Shown here piece after piece: positions 1-11,431 of a DNA stretch of 64,000 bases (its first letter is position 1; each line of letters opens with the position of its first letter). Below the pieces are notes generated by a model. It made no database searches. It was given only the letters and a program-made list of their open reading frames with translations, and was not told the origin of the DNA. A program made the position numbers and the translations under genes. Origin of the DNA: an uncultured delta proteobacterium (GTDB lineage: Bacteria; Desulfobacterota; Binatia; UBA9968); assembly GCA_963745035.1 (NCBI GenBank), contig CAVUVW010000013.1, positions 1,216,001 to 1,280,000 of the forward strand, written 5' to 3'.

Positions 1-1454
1 TCACCGCGCCCTGGGCGCCGCCGAGCAAGCCCCAAGGCGGGCACTTGATGCGATCGGTGTTGCGGCTCAGGTAAAAATCCTGCAGCGGCGTGACTTTGAC
101 CTCGACGCCGATGCCGCCCCGAAATTTGCCGGCGCCGCCGCTGTCCGGGCGAAGCGCGTGGCATTGATACATCAGCGGGTAATAAAGCTCTTGCAGCTCG
201 ATGGGCGTGTTTTTCACGTCGCCCTGGCACATCGATACCGACGCCGCGGTGCCGTCTTCAAACGGACGCCCGCCCCAGCCGCCGCCGATAATATTTTGAC
301 AGACGTAGCGCCTTCCGGTCTTCGGATTGGCGCCGAAGATTGCGTAGCCGCCCATATCGCCCTTGTGCGCGGCCGGCACGCTCTTCGGCAAAGCCGGCGC
401 TAGCGCGTGAAAAATGGTATCAAGCACGGTCGGCAGCGATAGACTCCAGCCGCCGATCGGCGCGGGGCGTTTCGCGCTGAGCAGTTTCCCCGGCGGAAGA
501 ATAACTTTCAAAGCGCGGAAAGAGCCTTCGTTGACTTCGCGGTGCGGCGCGGTCAGTGCTTTGAACGCCACGCGCGCCGCGGCCATGCCGCCGGAAGAGC
601 CGCAGTTGATGAAACCCGGTACTTGATCGGCGACTTCGGAAAAGTCGATGGCCAGCTCGTCACCGCGCACTTCGACTTTCACCTTGATCGGAATGGTTTT
701 GTTCATGACCCGGCCGTCGTCGTCGAGGAAAGACGACGCTTCATACATCCCGTCCGGTATGGCGCGCACCGCCTCACGCACCAGTTTGTCGGTCTGGTCC
801 CAGATCGTCTCGACGGCTTCGAGGAAGACGTTGTCCGCCGTACTTCCGGCAGATCTGCTCGAGCCGTTCTTCACCGGTGCGACAGCATGCGATCTGCGCG
901 CGCAGATCGCCGAGCGACGATTCCGGAAAGCGAATATTGTCCTCGATCAGGCGCAGCACTTCGGTGTTGGGCCGACCTTCCTTGTAAATTTTCACCGAGC
1001 GAATCTGCAATCCCTCTTCGTAAACGTCGCGGGTGTTGCTCGAGCCGAACCCGGTGCTGCCGCCACCCACGTCGATCCAGTGCGCGCGCACGGCGAGGAA
1101 GCACAGCAGCTTGCCGTCCCAGAAGAACGGCGTGTAGACCACCATATTGTTCAAATGCTGGCCGCAGATCTCGGGATGATTGACGAGAAACACGTCGCCG
1201 GGACGGATGTTTTCCAAGCCGTAGAATTGAACGCCGTCCTCCACGGCAACTCCGAGATCGGCCAGAAAAATCGGCAGCGCGCCCTCGTTCTGCGACATCG
1301 TCCGGCCCTGATGATCGACGATGCTGACGCAATAGTCCTGGACTTCGTAGATCATCATGTTGTACGCCGTGCGCTTGAGCACCGCCGACATTTCGTTGGC
1401 GGCGGCCTTCAGCGCACAGCGAATGATTTCAACGGTGATGGGATCTACAGCCAT
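1..1454 (-). CDS. Hydantoinase B/oxoprolinase family protein (copy 2); one frameshift near 835; runs off the window start
   Basis: ORF 774-1454 begins MAVDPITVEIIR...EMSAVLKRTAYNMMIYEVQDY and has RAHWIDVGG. After a +1 shift the frame continues VFLEAVETIWDQTD...IDFS...GGGWGGRPFEDG...DSGGAGKFRGG, typical of the HyuB C-terminal half. Confidence 0.9.
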
Positions 1455-1515
1455 AATCGTCAGCTCGATTTTAGACTCATAACACTCTTTCTACTCACGG
1501 CTCACGCCTCTCGCC

Positions 1516-2298
1516 TCACGGCTTTTTCGGCTCCTCTTTCCCTACGTAGGACTGCCGGTAGGTCTGCAACGTTTTGCCGCGCAGCTCGTAAAGAAATTGA
1601 ATGACGCGCTCATTGCTCATGAACTTGTCCTGCTCGTAATGATCGTGATGGACGATTTCTTCGAGCGACCGGCGCACGCCTTCTGAGGGCTGCACGGCGG
1701 GATACCCAATGGGGATGATCAGATAGAGCATCATCAAATCCGGCACGTCCAGCACTTTTTTGAAGGGTTCCTGAACGTGAATCGTCACCCATTGGGTCGC
1801 GAGACCGAGCGACACGGCGGCGAGATGCATGAACGTGCAGGTGTTTGCCAAGCCGTCGGTCAAATGCGACTGATCGCGCCCGAAGGTATGCGCGCCCTGC
1901 ACCGTGCCCCACTGGCGGCGACCGTCGCCGACGACGACGATCAGCGCTGGTGCTTCGGACCAGCCGGCGCCGCGCCGCTGGCGCTCCACCGCTTCATCAG
2001 CCGTCATTTGATAGGCCGGGTGGCGCAGCTCGAATACGCGCTGCTGCTCCATCCAGTAAATGAAATCTGTATTATCTTCCGAGTAGCAGCGGAACAAATC
2101 CTTCTTCACCTTGGGATCTTTGACGACGATGTATTCCCAAGGCTGAGAGTTGGCGCCGGACATGGCCCAGCGTCCGGCTTCGAGAATTTTTTCGACATAA
2201 CCATCCGGGATCGGGTCCGGTTTGAGCTTACGCACGCTCGAACGACGGCGAATGATATCGTACAGAAGATCGTAACCGGGCGTCGACTCTGCATCCAT
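1516..2298 (-). CDS. Nitroreductase family protein (copy 2)
   Basis: RRRSSVRK, RWAMSGANSQPWEYIVV, LAAVSLGLATQW and IPIGYP motifs. Close paralog of 10505-11287. Confidence 0.9.
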   Translation of the reverse strand: MDAESTPGYDLLYDIIRRRSSVRKLKPDPIPDGYVEKILEAGRWAMSGANSQPWEYIVVKDPKVKKDLFRCYSEDNTDFIYWMEQQRVFELRHPAYQMTADEAVERQRRGAGWSEAPALIVVVGDGRRQWGTVQGAHTFGRDQSHLTDGLANTCTFMHLAAVSLGLATQWVTIHVQEPFKKVLDVPDLMMLYLIIPIGYPAVQPSEGVRRSLEEIVHHDHYEQDKFMSNERVIQFLYELRGKTLQTYRQSYVGKEEPKKP

Positions 2299-2434
2299 GT
2301 TCGGCCTCCGAAATCACTAAGCTTTGTTGGCGGACTCAATTCTTATAGCCGCCGTTCGATCGCCTGGCAACCCGGGTGGGTGGGGGTCACGTTCACTCCT
2401 ATCCTAGCCTTCCCCGGTCGAACGGGAAGGAACA

Positions 2435-3805
2435 TCAATCGGAGACCTTGAGGAGGGCGAGTAACGACTCCGAAGAGTTGCGCGAGTCCAGCGATTCGAC
2501 TTCTTGAACAACTGAGCGCGTCTTTTCATTTCCGATTACCGGCTCCGCGAGCGACAAGAATTTTTCTTCCACCTCATCGCGCCGCATCGGGTTTCCGCTC
2601 TCCCCTTTCGGGATGATCACTTCTTCCGAGTAGACCTTGCTGCCGGACTTCACGGTCACCCGGCCGGCCCAATACTTGGGAAAATGACGATCGAGCTCCG
2701 CGTTGGCGATCACTTTAACTTTCGCCATGAGATCGTGAACCGCGCCGCTGGTCAAGAATTCCACGTCGAAGGACGCCAGGTTGATTTTGCCTCGCAGCGC
2801 TGTCACCGCCATAACGTACTGCCCGCTCCCCACCGTGGCCGCGTGACTGGCGCTGATTGACGGGCGATCGACCATGCTCGCGTTCGGTGTCGGCACGGCC
2901 AGCTCGATCGCGTCGATCCGCTCCGGCGCCAACCCATACTGCTGAATAATGCGAAGCAACGCCTCGACGCCGGCGTGAAGCTGTCGCGCGCACGGATAAG
3001 GCTTGAGCGCGACTTGCGGCAAGTGAAAGCTTCCGAAGCTCTGCAAGTGTTCCCATTTCGGCTCCTGACAGAGCGTCAGGCAGAAACCGCGTGGATCTTC
3101 GAAAGCGCGCTTCGGCCCGGTGAATCCCTGCTCGGCGGCCAAGAGAGACCTCACACCATTCTGCGCAGCATGACCAAAACTCAGATGGCGCGCCGTGGCA
3201 CCCTCGCTGCCTCCGGTGATCATGCCGCCGCTATGCAGCGCTGCGATACCCAGCGCATTCGCCGTCGGCTCCGCGGACCAATCCAAGAACTTCGCGCCGG
3301 CCGCGGCGACGCCGAAGGCGCCGCACACCGTGCTCGGCCACCAGCCACGCGCAAAAAGCGCTGGAGCGTCGATCGACAGCCCAACCCGAATGACCGTCTC
3401 GTAACCGACGATGGCTGCTTCAAGAAATCTCCGGCCGCTGCCGCTGTATTTCTCTGCCATCGCGAGCAAGGATGGCACGATCATGCCGCCGATACATACT
3501 CCCGCGCCGCCGTGAATATCATCCATCTCACCGCAATGGGCGGCTACCGACATCGCTTGGACAGCGTCGAGATAAGAAGCCCGATGAGCGGTTCCAAAAA
3601 GCGTCGACGGATGCGAAGCGCCGCTCGCGGTGACCGCCAATTCGTAGGCGAGTTTTCCCGGCTCCAGCCGCGTGCCGGCGAGCAGACAACCGATGGAATC
3701 GAGAATATGAAGCTTGGCCGCGTCGATGACTTCTCGAGGAATCTGGCTCAGTTGCAGGGCGACGTTATACGTCGCGAGTTCTTCGCTGAGAGTTGGATCA
3801 GCCAT
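2435..3805 (-). CDS. MmgE/PrpD family protein
   Basis: AKLHILDSIGC, EMDDIH, GYETVIR, GFTGP, LKPYPC, PKGESGNPM and EEKF motifs. Confidence 0.88.
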   Translation of the reverse strand: MADPTLSEELATYNVALQLSQIPREVIDAAKLHILDSIGCLLAGTRLEPGKLAYELAVTASGASHPSTLFGTAHRASYLDAVQAMSVAAHCGEMDDIHGGAGVCIGGMIVPSLLAMAEKYSGSGRRFLEAAIVGYETVIRVGLSIDAPALFARGWWPSTVCGAFGVAAAGAKFLDWSAEPTANALGIAALHSGGMITGGSEGATARHLSFGHAAQNGVRSLLAAEQGFTGPKRAFEDPRGFCLTLCQEPKWEHLQSFGSFHLPQVALKPYPCARQLHAGVEALLRIIQQYGLAPERIDAIELAVPTPNASMVDRPSISASHAATVGSGQYVMAVTALRGKINLASFDVEFLTSGAVHDLMAKVKVIANAELDRHFPKYWAGRVTVKSGSKVYSEEVIIPKGESGNPMRRDEVEEKFLSLAEPVIGNEKTRSVVQEVESLDSRNSSESLLALLKVSD

Positions 3806-3840
3806 TGGCGTCAGTCTTATTTTGTTCCTTCTCCCGTCTA

Positions 3841-3967
3841 AGGCCGTGTCCGAATGTCATTCTGAGGCGGAGCCGAAGAATCTGCTTCTTTGTAGGCTGT
3901 TGAAAAAACAGATGCTTCGCTCGCGCTCAGCATGACATCCCGGTGATTGTGCATCGCAACACAGTCT
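3841..3967. repeat. MITE-like element carrying a TGTCAT...ATGACA palindromic REP-like core
   Basis: Core TGTCATTCTGAGGCGGAGCCGAAGAATCTG...CAGATGCTTCGCTCGCGCTCAGCATGACA (3855-3937). Imperfect inverted ends AGGCCGTGTCCGAA / TCGCAACACAGTCT. A related copy in the opposite orientation lies at 8582-8686. Confidence 0.7.
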
Positions 3968-4015
3968 CTCTAGAAGGCTAGAATGAGGATTTCCGACAGG
4001 ATGGATGCGAACCGG

Positions 4016-6053
4016 TCAGTTCGTTACGTCGATGACCAAATGACCGAATTCATTCACCTGCATCCTGTCGCCCGGATACACGAGGATGGTCGCCCCGACT
4101 TCTTCAACCACTGCCGGTCCCTCGAGCCGGTCGCCTTCTTTGAACCCGCTGCGCAAATAGATCGGACAGTCCACCGGCTTGTTGTCGAAAATCACCGGAC
4201 GCCGGCCGCGTTCGCCGCGGTCTTCGGGGCGTGAAGCCGAAGCGAGCGGCAATTTATTGTCGAAGCGGCCGAGCGCTGAGAGACGAAGATTGACCATCAT
4301 CACCGGTTCGTTGGGCGCGGAGTGGCCGTAATGCTCCTGATGGAGTTGATCGAAGCGCGCGCGGATACCATTAAAGTCTTTTAATCCGTTTAGGTTCTCG
4401 GTGATCGGCACGGGCAGCGTGTACTCTTGACCACGGTAGCGCATATCGAGAAACCGGCGCAACGCGATCTGCTCGGGCCGAGCGCCTTCCTCGGCCAAGG
4501 TGTCGAGAGCGGATTTTTCCAACAGCGAGAATGCATGCGGCGATCTCCGACCCGCCGGTTTCAGCCAGTTCGCGCACATAAGTTTGGACGTAATCGTGCT
4601 TGAGATCGGCAAGCAGCATGCCCAAGGCGGAAAAATGGGCCGGCATCGGCGGGATGATCACCCGCGGCACTGCCAATTCACGCGCGATGGCGATTGCGTG
4701 CAGCGCCCCGCCCCCGCCGCTCGGCACCAAGACACAATCGCGCGGATCGTAGCCCTTTTCGACAGACACCGCGCGGACGGAAAGCGACATGTTGAAGTTT
4801 GCGATCGTCAAGATTCCCAACGCAGCTTCTTCGACGGACAAACCGAGCGGTTTGGCAATCTTATCGCCGACGGCTTGTGCCGCCTTGTCCCGCTGTAAGC
4901 GCACGCCGCTGCCGAGAAAATACTCCGGATCGATGCGGCCGGCGATGAGATTGGCGTCCGTGACCGTGGGTTCGACGCCGCCTTTGCCGTAGCATGCTGG
5001 ACCCGGAGCCGCGCCGGCGCTTTGCGGGCCGACTTTGAGTCCGCCGGCGGGATCGATCCACGCGATGCTGCCGCCGCCGTTGCCGACTTCCACGATATCG
5101 ACCACCGGCAGCATCATCGGCTGGCCGGAAACATACCCGCCGACGTAGTAGCTGCTCGTGACCTCGGGATGAAAATCTTTGATCAAACTCGATTTGGCCG
5201 TCGTGCCGCCCATATCGAAGGAGATGATATGGCGGCAGTCGAGCGATTCACCAAGGCGCGCCGCCGCGATCACGCCCGCGACCGGACCCGACTCCATCAT
5301 CGTGACCGGCATCTTCTTCGCGGTCTGCGCCGACATCACCCCGCCGTTGGATTGCATGACGCGAAACGTGCCGTCGAAGCCGGAATCGGCCAGCATTTTT
5401 TCCAACGACACCAAATAGCGGTTCACCAGCGGTCCGACGTAAGCATTCAACACCGTCGTCGAGGTGCGCTCGTATTCGCGAAACTCGCGGAGAATCTCGT
5501 GCGACAGAGATGCATAGGCTTGAGGAAATTGCTCGCGCAGCAATACACCGAGACGCTCTTCATGGCTCGCATTCGCGTAGGCGTGCAGCAAGCACACCGC
5601 GACGCTTTCCACGCCGGCGGATTTCAGCGCCGCGATGGTGCGAGCCGCCGAAGCTTCATCGAGCGGCTTCAACACCTCACCGGTGGCATAGAGCCGCTCG
5701 TCGACTTCGAGGCGAAGATCGCGCGGCACCAGCGGCACCGGACGCTTGAAAAAAAGATTGTAGCCTTCGGGCCGATTGCCCCGGCCGATCTCGTACACGT
5801 CGCGAAAGCCTTCGGTGGTGATAAGCCCCGTCCGCGCGCCCTTGCGCTCCAGCACGGCATTGATCGTCACGGTCGAGCCATGCACAAAGAACTCCGCGCC
5901 CGCGACATCGATCTTCGCGCCGCGCAAGCAATCCTGAATCCCGCGCGCAAGATCGTCAGGCGTCGTCAGCGACTTGCTGCGCGACACTTTTCCTTGATCG
6001 TCGACGGCGACCAAGTCCGTAAACGTACCGCCGATATCAACCGCGATTCTCAT
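4016..6053 (-). CDS. Hydantoinase A/oxoprolinase family protein; frameshift near 4540
   Basis: VDIGGTFTD, HGSTVTINA, ESGPVAG, FDMGGTTAK, GPQSAGAAPGPACYG and PTVTDAN in ORF 4371-6053. C-terminal DMRYRGQEY and GPAVVEE in ORF 4016-4612. Confidence 0.92.
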
Positions 6054-6097
6054 GAACCCTTTCTGCAGAATTCAAACCACTTCAACTTGCGAGAGCC

Positions 6098-6176
6098 TAA
6101 AAGCAGATCCTTCACCTCGTTCAGGATAACGTTGCGCCCTTGATGTCATTCTGAGCAAAAGCGAAGAATTTGCTTC
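6098..6176. repeat. REP-like palindromic element (TGTCATTCTGAG family, arms in swapped order)
   Basis: AGCAGATCCTTCACCTCGTTCAGGATAAC...TGTCATTCTGAGCAAAAGCGAAGAATTTGCT resembles the arms at 3855-3937. Confidence 0.6.
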
Positions 6177-6192
6177 ACAATGCTTTTCTTCC

Positions 6193-7355
6193 TTAACTAT
6201 CGACCAACGACCTCGCCCCGCTTTTCGTCACTTCGAAACTATCGCCGTAAAGAATCACTCTTCCCTCGGTCTGAAGCGTCACGCGCAAGGCCAAGGTCAT
6301 GCCTTCATTCAAAGACCGTCGCACCGACAGACTCGGACCCAACTTCACCCGCATCGCTTTTACTCAAGAACGGCGCCTCCCACTGATTGAGGCCAATGCC
6401 GTTTGCGAGACCGTACACGGAAGCCATGCCGTAGAACTCACCGAGCTCCCGCCGCGCGGTTTCGTCGATCGCCGCCACCGTCCCGTTCGGCTTGAGCTGC
6501 TTCGCCATCGCCGCCACGATCTCCTGAGCTTTGTGATATGCGTTCTCAATCTTCGCGTTGCCGGCCAAGATGAAAGTCCGTCCCGCCTCGGCCCAATAGC
6601 GCTCGTGTTGCACGGCCAAGTAAACCGCCCAGTGATCGCCGAGCGTTGCCGCCTGCTTGAAGCTCGGCGGGTTCAATCTTTTCTCACCGGCGAGTATCCG
6701 GATGTCTTCCGCGCCCTTGTCGCGCGCCAGCCGGTCGATGTCGGCGACGATCTCGTATTCTTTTCTTCCGGGCTTGATAAAACCGCTGGCGCCGTCGCAA
6801 ATCTCCCGCAGCACACGTCCCGCCTCGCGCATGGCGGCCAGCTCTTGCGCGGTCTTCATCAGACGAAGAGGTTGGAGCATCGCATCGCAGTTCTGCCAGC
6901 TCACTTGTGCTAAGGCGCCTTTCATTTCCTCGAGCTGCGGCAATGGGAATCCCTGACCGGAATCCGCCAATCCGATCCGAGCTTTCTCGAGCCCCTTCTC
7001 CTTCAAAAGCTTCGCGCCGTCGCTGCCAACTTGATTCGAAGCGCGCACATCGTCGACCCAGGTCAATGTCTTGGCGAACGGCACATCGCGGCTGCCAATG
7101 TTGAGCAGCACGGAAAGCGCACCTTCGCGCGGCACCACCGCGATGCCGCCTCGCACTTTGGGAAAATAATTGGTCAGATAGCAGAGATCGGCAAAAGAGA
7201 AATTATCGCCGTAGATCACCAGCGCGTCGAGATTGCGCTCGGCCATCCGCTCGCGCACCGCGCGCAAGCGGGATTGAAACAGCTTCCGCCGGCAATTGCT
7301 CCGGATCCCAAGTCGAGCAGCCCCGCTTTAAGACTGAATGTCGTCCAAAGATCAT
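6193..7355 (-). CDS. M24/creatinase-fold protein with degenerate metal site; frameshifts near 7285 and 6310
   Basis: Creatinase-like N-domain (ERNLDALVIYGD..LCYLTNY) and LRLMKTAQEL. N-terminus MIFGRHSVLKRG and C-terminus NEGMTLALRV...LYGDSFEVT lie in neighbouring frames. Confidence 0.78.
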
Positions 7356-7406
7356 CTTCTGCCTCGTCTGATCAATGCGGTTCACGGTTTGAACGTTTTG
7401 AACGTG

Positions 7407-8519
7407 TTAACATTCTTTCACAAACATATCCCACGACGATCGCATCAGCGATTCCGCTTTGGTCTGGCCCATCACCACGGTATCGCCGAGCGTCAAATAT
7501 CCGGTTTCGGGAATATATTGATTCGGGTGAATGATGAACGTCATGCCTTCTTCCAATTTCGTCTTGTTGCCGTCTTCCAAGCTTCCCGGCGCGAACGAGC
7601 CGCAGCCGAGGCCATGGCCGCGCACGCGCATGAATGGCGGACGGCAATAATCCTCGTAACCCGCTTCGATAAACGTACCGTTGATCGCCGCGGCGATATC
7701 GCTCGCCGGCGCGCCGGTGTTTGCCGCCTCCATGCCGAGGCCCATCGCCTTTTTGAGAATCGCATACTTTTCCCGCACCACCGGCGGCGGCTCGCCGAGC
7801 ACCATGGTGCGGCAGATCTGCACGAACAATCCGCCGATGCACGGCGTGATCTCGCCGATGATGATATCGCCTTTCTGCACAATGCGGTCGGTCGCCGGAT
7901 GAAGCGCCTGGTTATGACTGTTGGCAACCACCATGCCGAAGTTGTCTTCGGCGCCGAGCGAGCGCATGCGGTATTCGACGATGGCGGCCAGTTCATATTC
8001 CTTCAAACCGGGCCGGGCCTCCTCGTTCAGCGCGCTGACGCCGGCATCGGCGATCGCCGCGGCTCTTCTCAGTCGCGCCAACTCGAAAGCGCTTTTCGAG
8101 CGCGCCATGTTCTCGATGATGTCTTTGGCGTTGACCGGCGCCTGGCCCAATGATTTCACGATCTCGTCGTGCAGGCCCGCGTGCATCGCCTCCCGGCCGG
8201 CCAAGCCGGCCTTGCCGCTGATGCTCGACACGCGACCCAGAATTCCTTGAACGGCCGGACATCGGACACCCACGACTCTTCCTGCGCGCGCGGAATATCC
8301 CAGGCCGGTGAGATATAGAGTACGGGCGCGTCTTCGAGCGGCACGACGAGCATCGTCTCCGGGCCGACGCTGATGAAGTCGGTGAGATAGGCGACATAGT
8401 TCATGCGCAGGAAATTATGCCGGCCCGAATCGTAGACCAGCAAAGTTTGCAGACCCTTGCTCGCGCATGTCGTGGCGCACTCGCGCCAGTCGTGTTTCGA
8501 ATTCTTGTTGGCCGTCCAT
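7407..8519 (-). CDS. M24/creatinase-fold protein (Xaa-Pro peptidase-like); frameshifts near 8455 and 8235
   Basis: Start MDGQQEFETRLARVR, then LLVYDSGRH...YVAYLTDF, RSKSAFELARLRRAA, GLKEYEL, RGHGLG and LEEGMTFIIHP. Confidence 0.82.
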
Positions 8520-8547
8520 AGTCACCTCGCTCAATTTCTACTTGGAG

Positions 8548-8686
8548 CCCTCACCCTGCCCTCTCCCACCTCGCAGGCGAGAGACTGTGTCGCAATGCCA
8601 CAGACTACCTGGATGTCATGCGGAGCGAAGCGAAGCATCTGTTTAACCAGCGTCTTATGAAAAGCAGATTCTTCGGCTTCGCCTCG
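8548..8686. repeat. Composite repeat: CCCTCACCC-type REP-like arm abutting a truncated MITE-like element
   Basis: CCCTCACCCTGCCCTCTCCCAC (8548-8569), then AGACTGTGTCGCAA...TGTCATGCGGAGCGAAGCGAAGCATCTG...CAGATTCTTCGGCTTCGCCTC, which matches the reverse complement of about 3860-3967. Confidence 0.7.
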
Positions 8687-8696
8687 GATCCACGAT

Positions 8697-10386
8697 CTAT
8701 TTCGTCTCGCCTGCAATCCCAGTGGAGACTTCCTGCGTTCCCGAAACGTAGCCCAGCCTGCGGTCCCGTTCAACGAGCTCGCAAGGCCGCTCCTCGGCTG
8801 GACCGTAACCGCCGCCGCCGGCTGTGAAGAAAGTAACGCTGCCGCCCTTCTTCAACGGGTAGTTCGGTTTCTTGGTAAGCCAGGTGCCGGGATCCGCTGG
8901 TGATTGCTTCACGAGCGCTTTCGCGGTGGCGCCGGGTTCGCCGCCGAAAAGTCCCCATGGCGCGGTGCGTTGGCGTTCGACGTTGATGTTGGTAAACGCA
9001 TCGCAGAGCACGCGCACACAAATTTCGATGCCCAAACCGCCGCGGAATTTTCCGGCGCCGCCGCTCCTCTCGCGCAGGCGCTGATGCTCGACCATGACCG
9101 GGTAGTAGATTTCTTGCAACTCCACCGGCGCGTTCTGCACATCGCCCTGGCACATGGACACCGTGGCGCTTTCGCCGTCTTCGTGCGCGCGCCCGCCCCA
9201 GCCACCGCCCATGATCGTCTGGCAGAGAAATCTTCGTCCGCTTTTCGGATCCGTGCCGAAGAACGCGTATCCGCCCATGTCGCCTTTGTGTCCTGCGGCG
9301 ATCCGCTCCGGCATCGCTGGAGCAAGAGCTTTCAGGATCAGATCGATCACCGTCGGCAAGGTGCGGCTCCAGTTGCCCACCGGCGCCGGCGGCGTTGCAC
9401 TCAAAATTTTTCCCTCGGGAATAGTGATCTTCAGTGGGCGGAAACAGCCTTCGTCGATAGGCGAGTACGGTGCCACCAAGGATTTGAACGCCACCCGCGC
9501 CGCCGCCACCGCGCCGGATTCGCCCGGAATTGATCGAGCCCGACACCTGATCACTGATTTCCGAGAAGTCGATGGTCATATCGCCGCCGGCGACTTCGAC
9601 TCTGACTTTGAGCTGCACCGGCCGGTCGAGATGGACGCCATCGCTGTCGAACAGCGCTTCGGCTTCGTATCTACCGGGCTTGATGCGCGCGACTTGCTCC
9701 CGTGCCAAGGCTTCCGACTGCCGCCAAATCGTTTTCACCGCGCCAAGGAAGGTTTCGACTCCGTAGCGATCGACCAAAGCTCCGAGCCCTCGGTCCCCGA
9801 CCCGGCAGGCCGCAATCTGTGCGCGCAAATCGCCGAGGCACGATTCGGCGAAACGGACGTTGTCCTTGATGATCTGAAAAATATCCTGATTGGGCTCATC
9901 GCCGCGATAGAGCTTCAGCGAGCGAAACTGCAACCCTTCCTCGTAGACTTCGCGCGTGCCGCTGAATCCAAAGCCAACCCGTGTGCCGCCGATATCGATC
10001 CAGTGCGCCCGCACGGCGAGAAAAGCCACGATCTCGCCGCGGTAAAAAAACGGCGTATAGACCACCACGTTGTTCAGATGCTGGCCGCACACGTACGGAT
10101 GGTTCATGATCAGCACGTCGCCCGGACGAAATCCGTCCTTGCCGTGCATGCGCACGCCGTCGACGATGGCCGGGCCGAGATCGGCGAGAAAGATCGGCAG
10201 GGCGCCGAAGTTTTGCGATAGAATATTACCTGATGGATCGACGATGCCGACGCAGTAGTCGCGCACCTCGTAGATCATCATGTTGTACGAAGTCTTGCGC
10301 AGCACGGTCGCCATCTCGTTGGCGATATGCGCCAGGCCGTTGCGCACGACTTCGACGGTGATCGGATTGACAGCGGGATGTAGCAT
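8697..10386 (-). CDS. Hydantoinase B/oxoprolinase family protein (copy 1); frameshift near 9530
   Basis: NPITVEVVR, KTSYNMMIYEVRDY and RAHWIDIGG in ORF 8770-10407. GGGWGGR, SGGAGKFRGG and TAGGGGYG in ORF 8697-9554. Confidence 0.92.
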
Positions 10387-10411
10387 TTTTACTGTTTCAT
10401 AAAGCAAGGAT

Positions 10412-10483
10412 TCACCGCGGAGACGCTGAGAGCGCGGAGTCTTTTGATTTCAGCCCTCTGCGTCCTCTGCGCCTCTGCGGTGA
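10412..10483. repeat. Palindromic intergenic repeat (TCACCGC...GCGGTGA family)
   Basis: TCACCGCGGAGACGCTGAGAGCGCGGAG...CTCTGCGTCCTCTGCGCCTCTGCGGTGA. A second copy in the opposite orientation lies at 15108-15183. Confidence 0.75.
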
Positions 10484-10504
10484 GGGTCGAGAGCCTTCCG
10501 CGTT

Positions 10505-11287
10505 TCATTTTTCTTCTTCGGCCTGAACCGCGCGCGACGCGGAATAACCGGACACCGTGCCTTCGCGCAGGGAGTAGAGATACTTCACCGCGTCTTCATT
10601 CGACATGTATTTGCTCATATCGTAGCGCTCGCGATGAACGAAGTCCTCCAATGGGCGGCGCACTCCCTCACGCGCCGGGACGTCGGGATAACCGATCGGA
10701 ATGATCAGATAGAGTTTCAATAGATCGGGCACCCCGAGAATCCGCTTGTGCGGCTCCTCGATATGAATCGATACCCACTCCGAAGTAAGCCCCAACGATG
10801 CGACGGCAAGATGAATCAGAAACGAAGCGTTGGCGAGGCTATCCGTCAGATGCGACTGCTCGCGCCCGAAGGTGTGCGCTCCCATCACCGTGCCCCACTG
10901 GCGCCGGCCGTCGCCCAGAACAACGATCACCGCCGGCGCCTGGTGCCAGTTGGCCTTGGCCTTGTTGAAGCGCAGCGATTCGTGCGGATCGTTTTTTACC
11001 TGGTAAGACGGATGGCGCAGATTGTATTCGCGCTGCTGCTCCATCCAGAAAATGTAATCGGTATTGTGCTCGGAGTACGCGTCGCGCAGTTGTTTTTTGA
11101 TCTCGGGATCGGTGACGACGACAAACTCCCAGGGCTGCGAGTTCGCCCCCGACATCGCCCAGCGCGCCACTTCGAGGATTTTGTTGATCGTGTCCTCGGG
11201 AATCGGGTCGGGACGAAACTTCCGCACGCTCATGCGCGTCTTCACCAGCTTGAGCAGTGTGTCGTAGGTTTCGTTGTTGCGAGTCAT
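10505..11287 (-). CDS. Nitroreductase family protein (copy 1)
   Basis: RMSVRKF, RWAMSGANSQPWEFVVV and IPIGYP motifs. GGAGG RBS before ATG 11287. Confidence 0.9.
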   Translation of the reverse strand: MTRNNETYDTLLKLVKTRMSVRKFRPDPIPEDTINKILEVARWAMSGANSQPWEFVVVTDPEIKKQLRDAYSEHNTDYIFWMEQQREYNLRHPSYQVKNDPHESLRFNKAKANWHQAPAVIVVLGDGRRQWGTVMGAHTFGREQSHLTDSLANASFLIHLAVASLGLTSEWVSIHIEEPHKRILGVPDLLKLYLIIPIGYPDVPAREGVRRPLEDFVHRERYDMSKYMSNEDAVKYLYSLREGTVSGYSASRAVQAEEEK

Positions 11288-11431
11288 TTCAAAGCCTCCA
11301 TATCGTGACGGCGCTTCCGGCACTCAACGATAGAACGTTTCAAAGCGGCGCGGCGAATACTCGCGAGAATATGACAAAGCCTCGGGCAAGGAAAGAGAAT
11401 GAAAACAACTGACCTGAGAAATCGGCAATAA

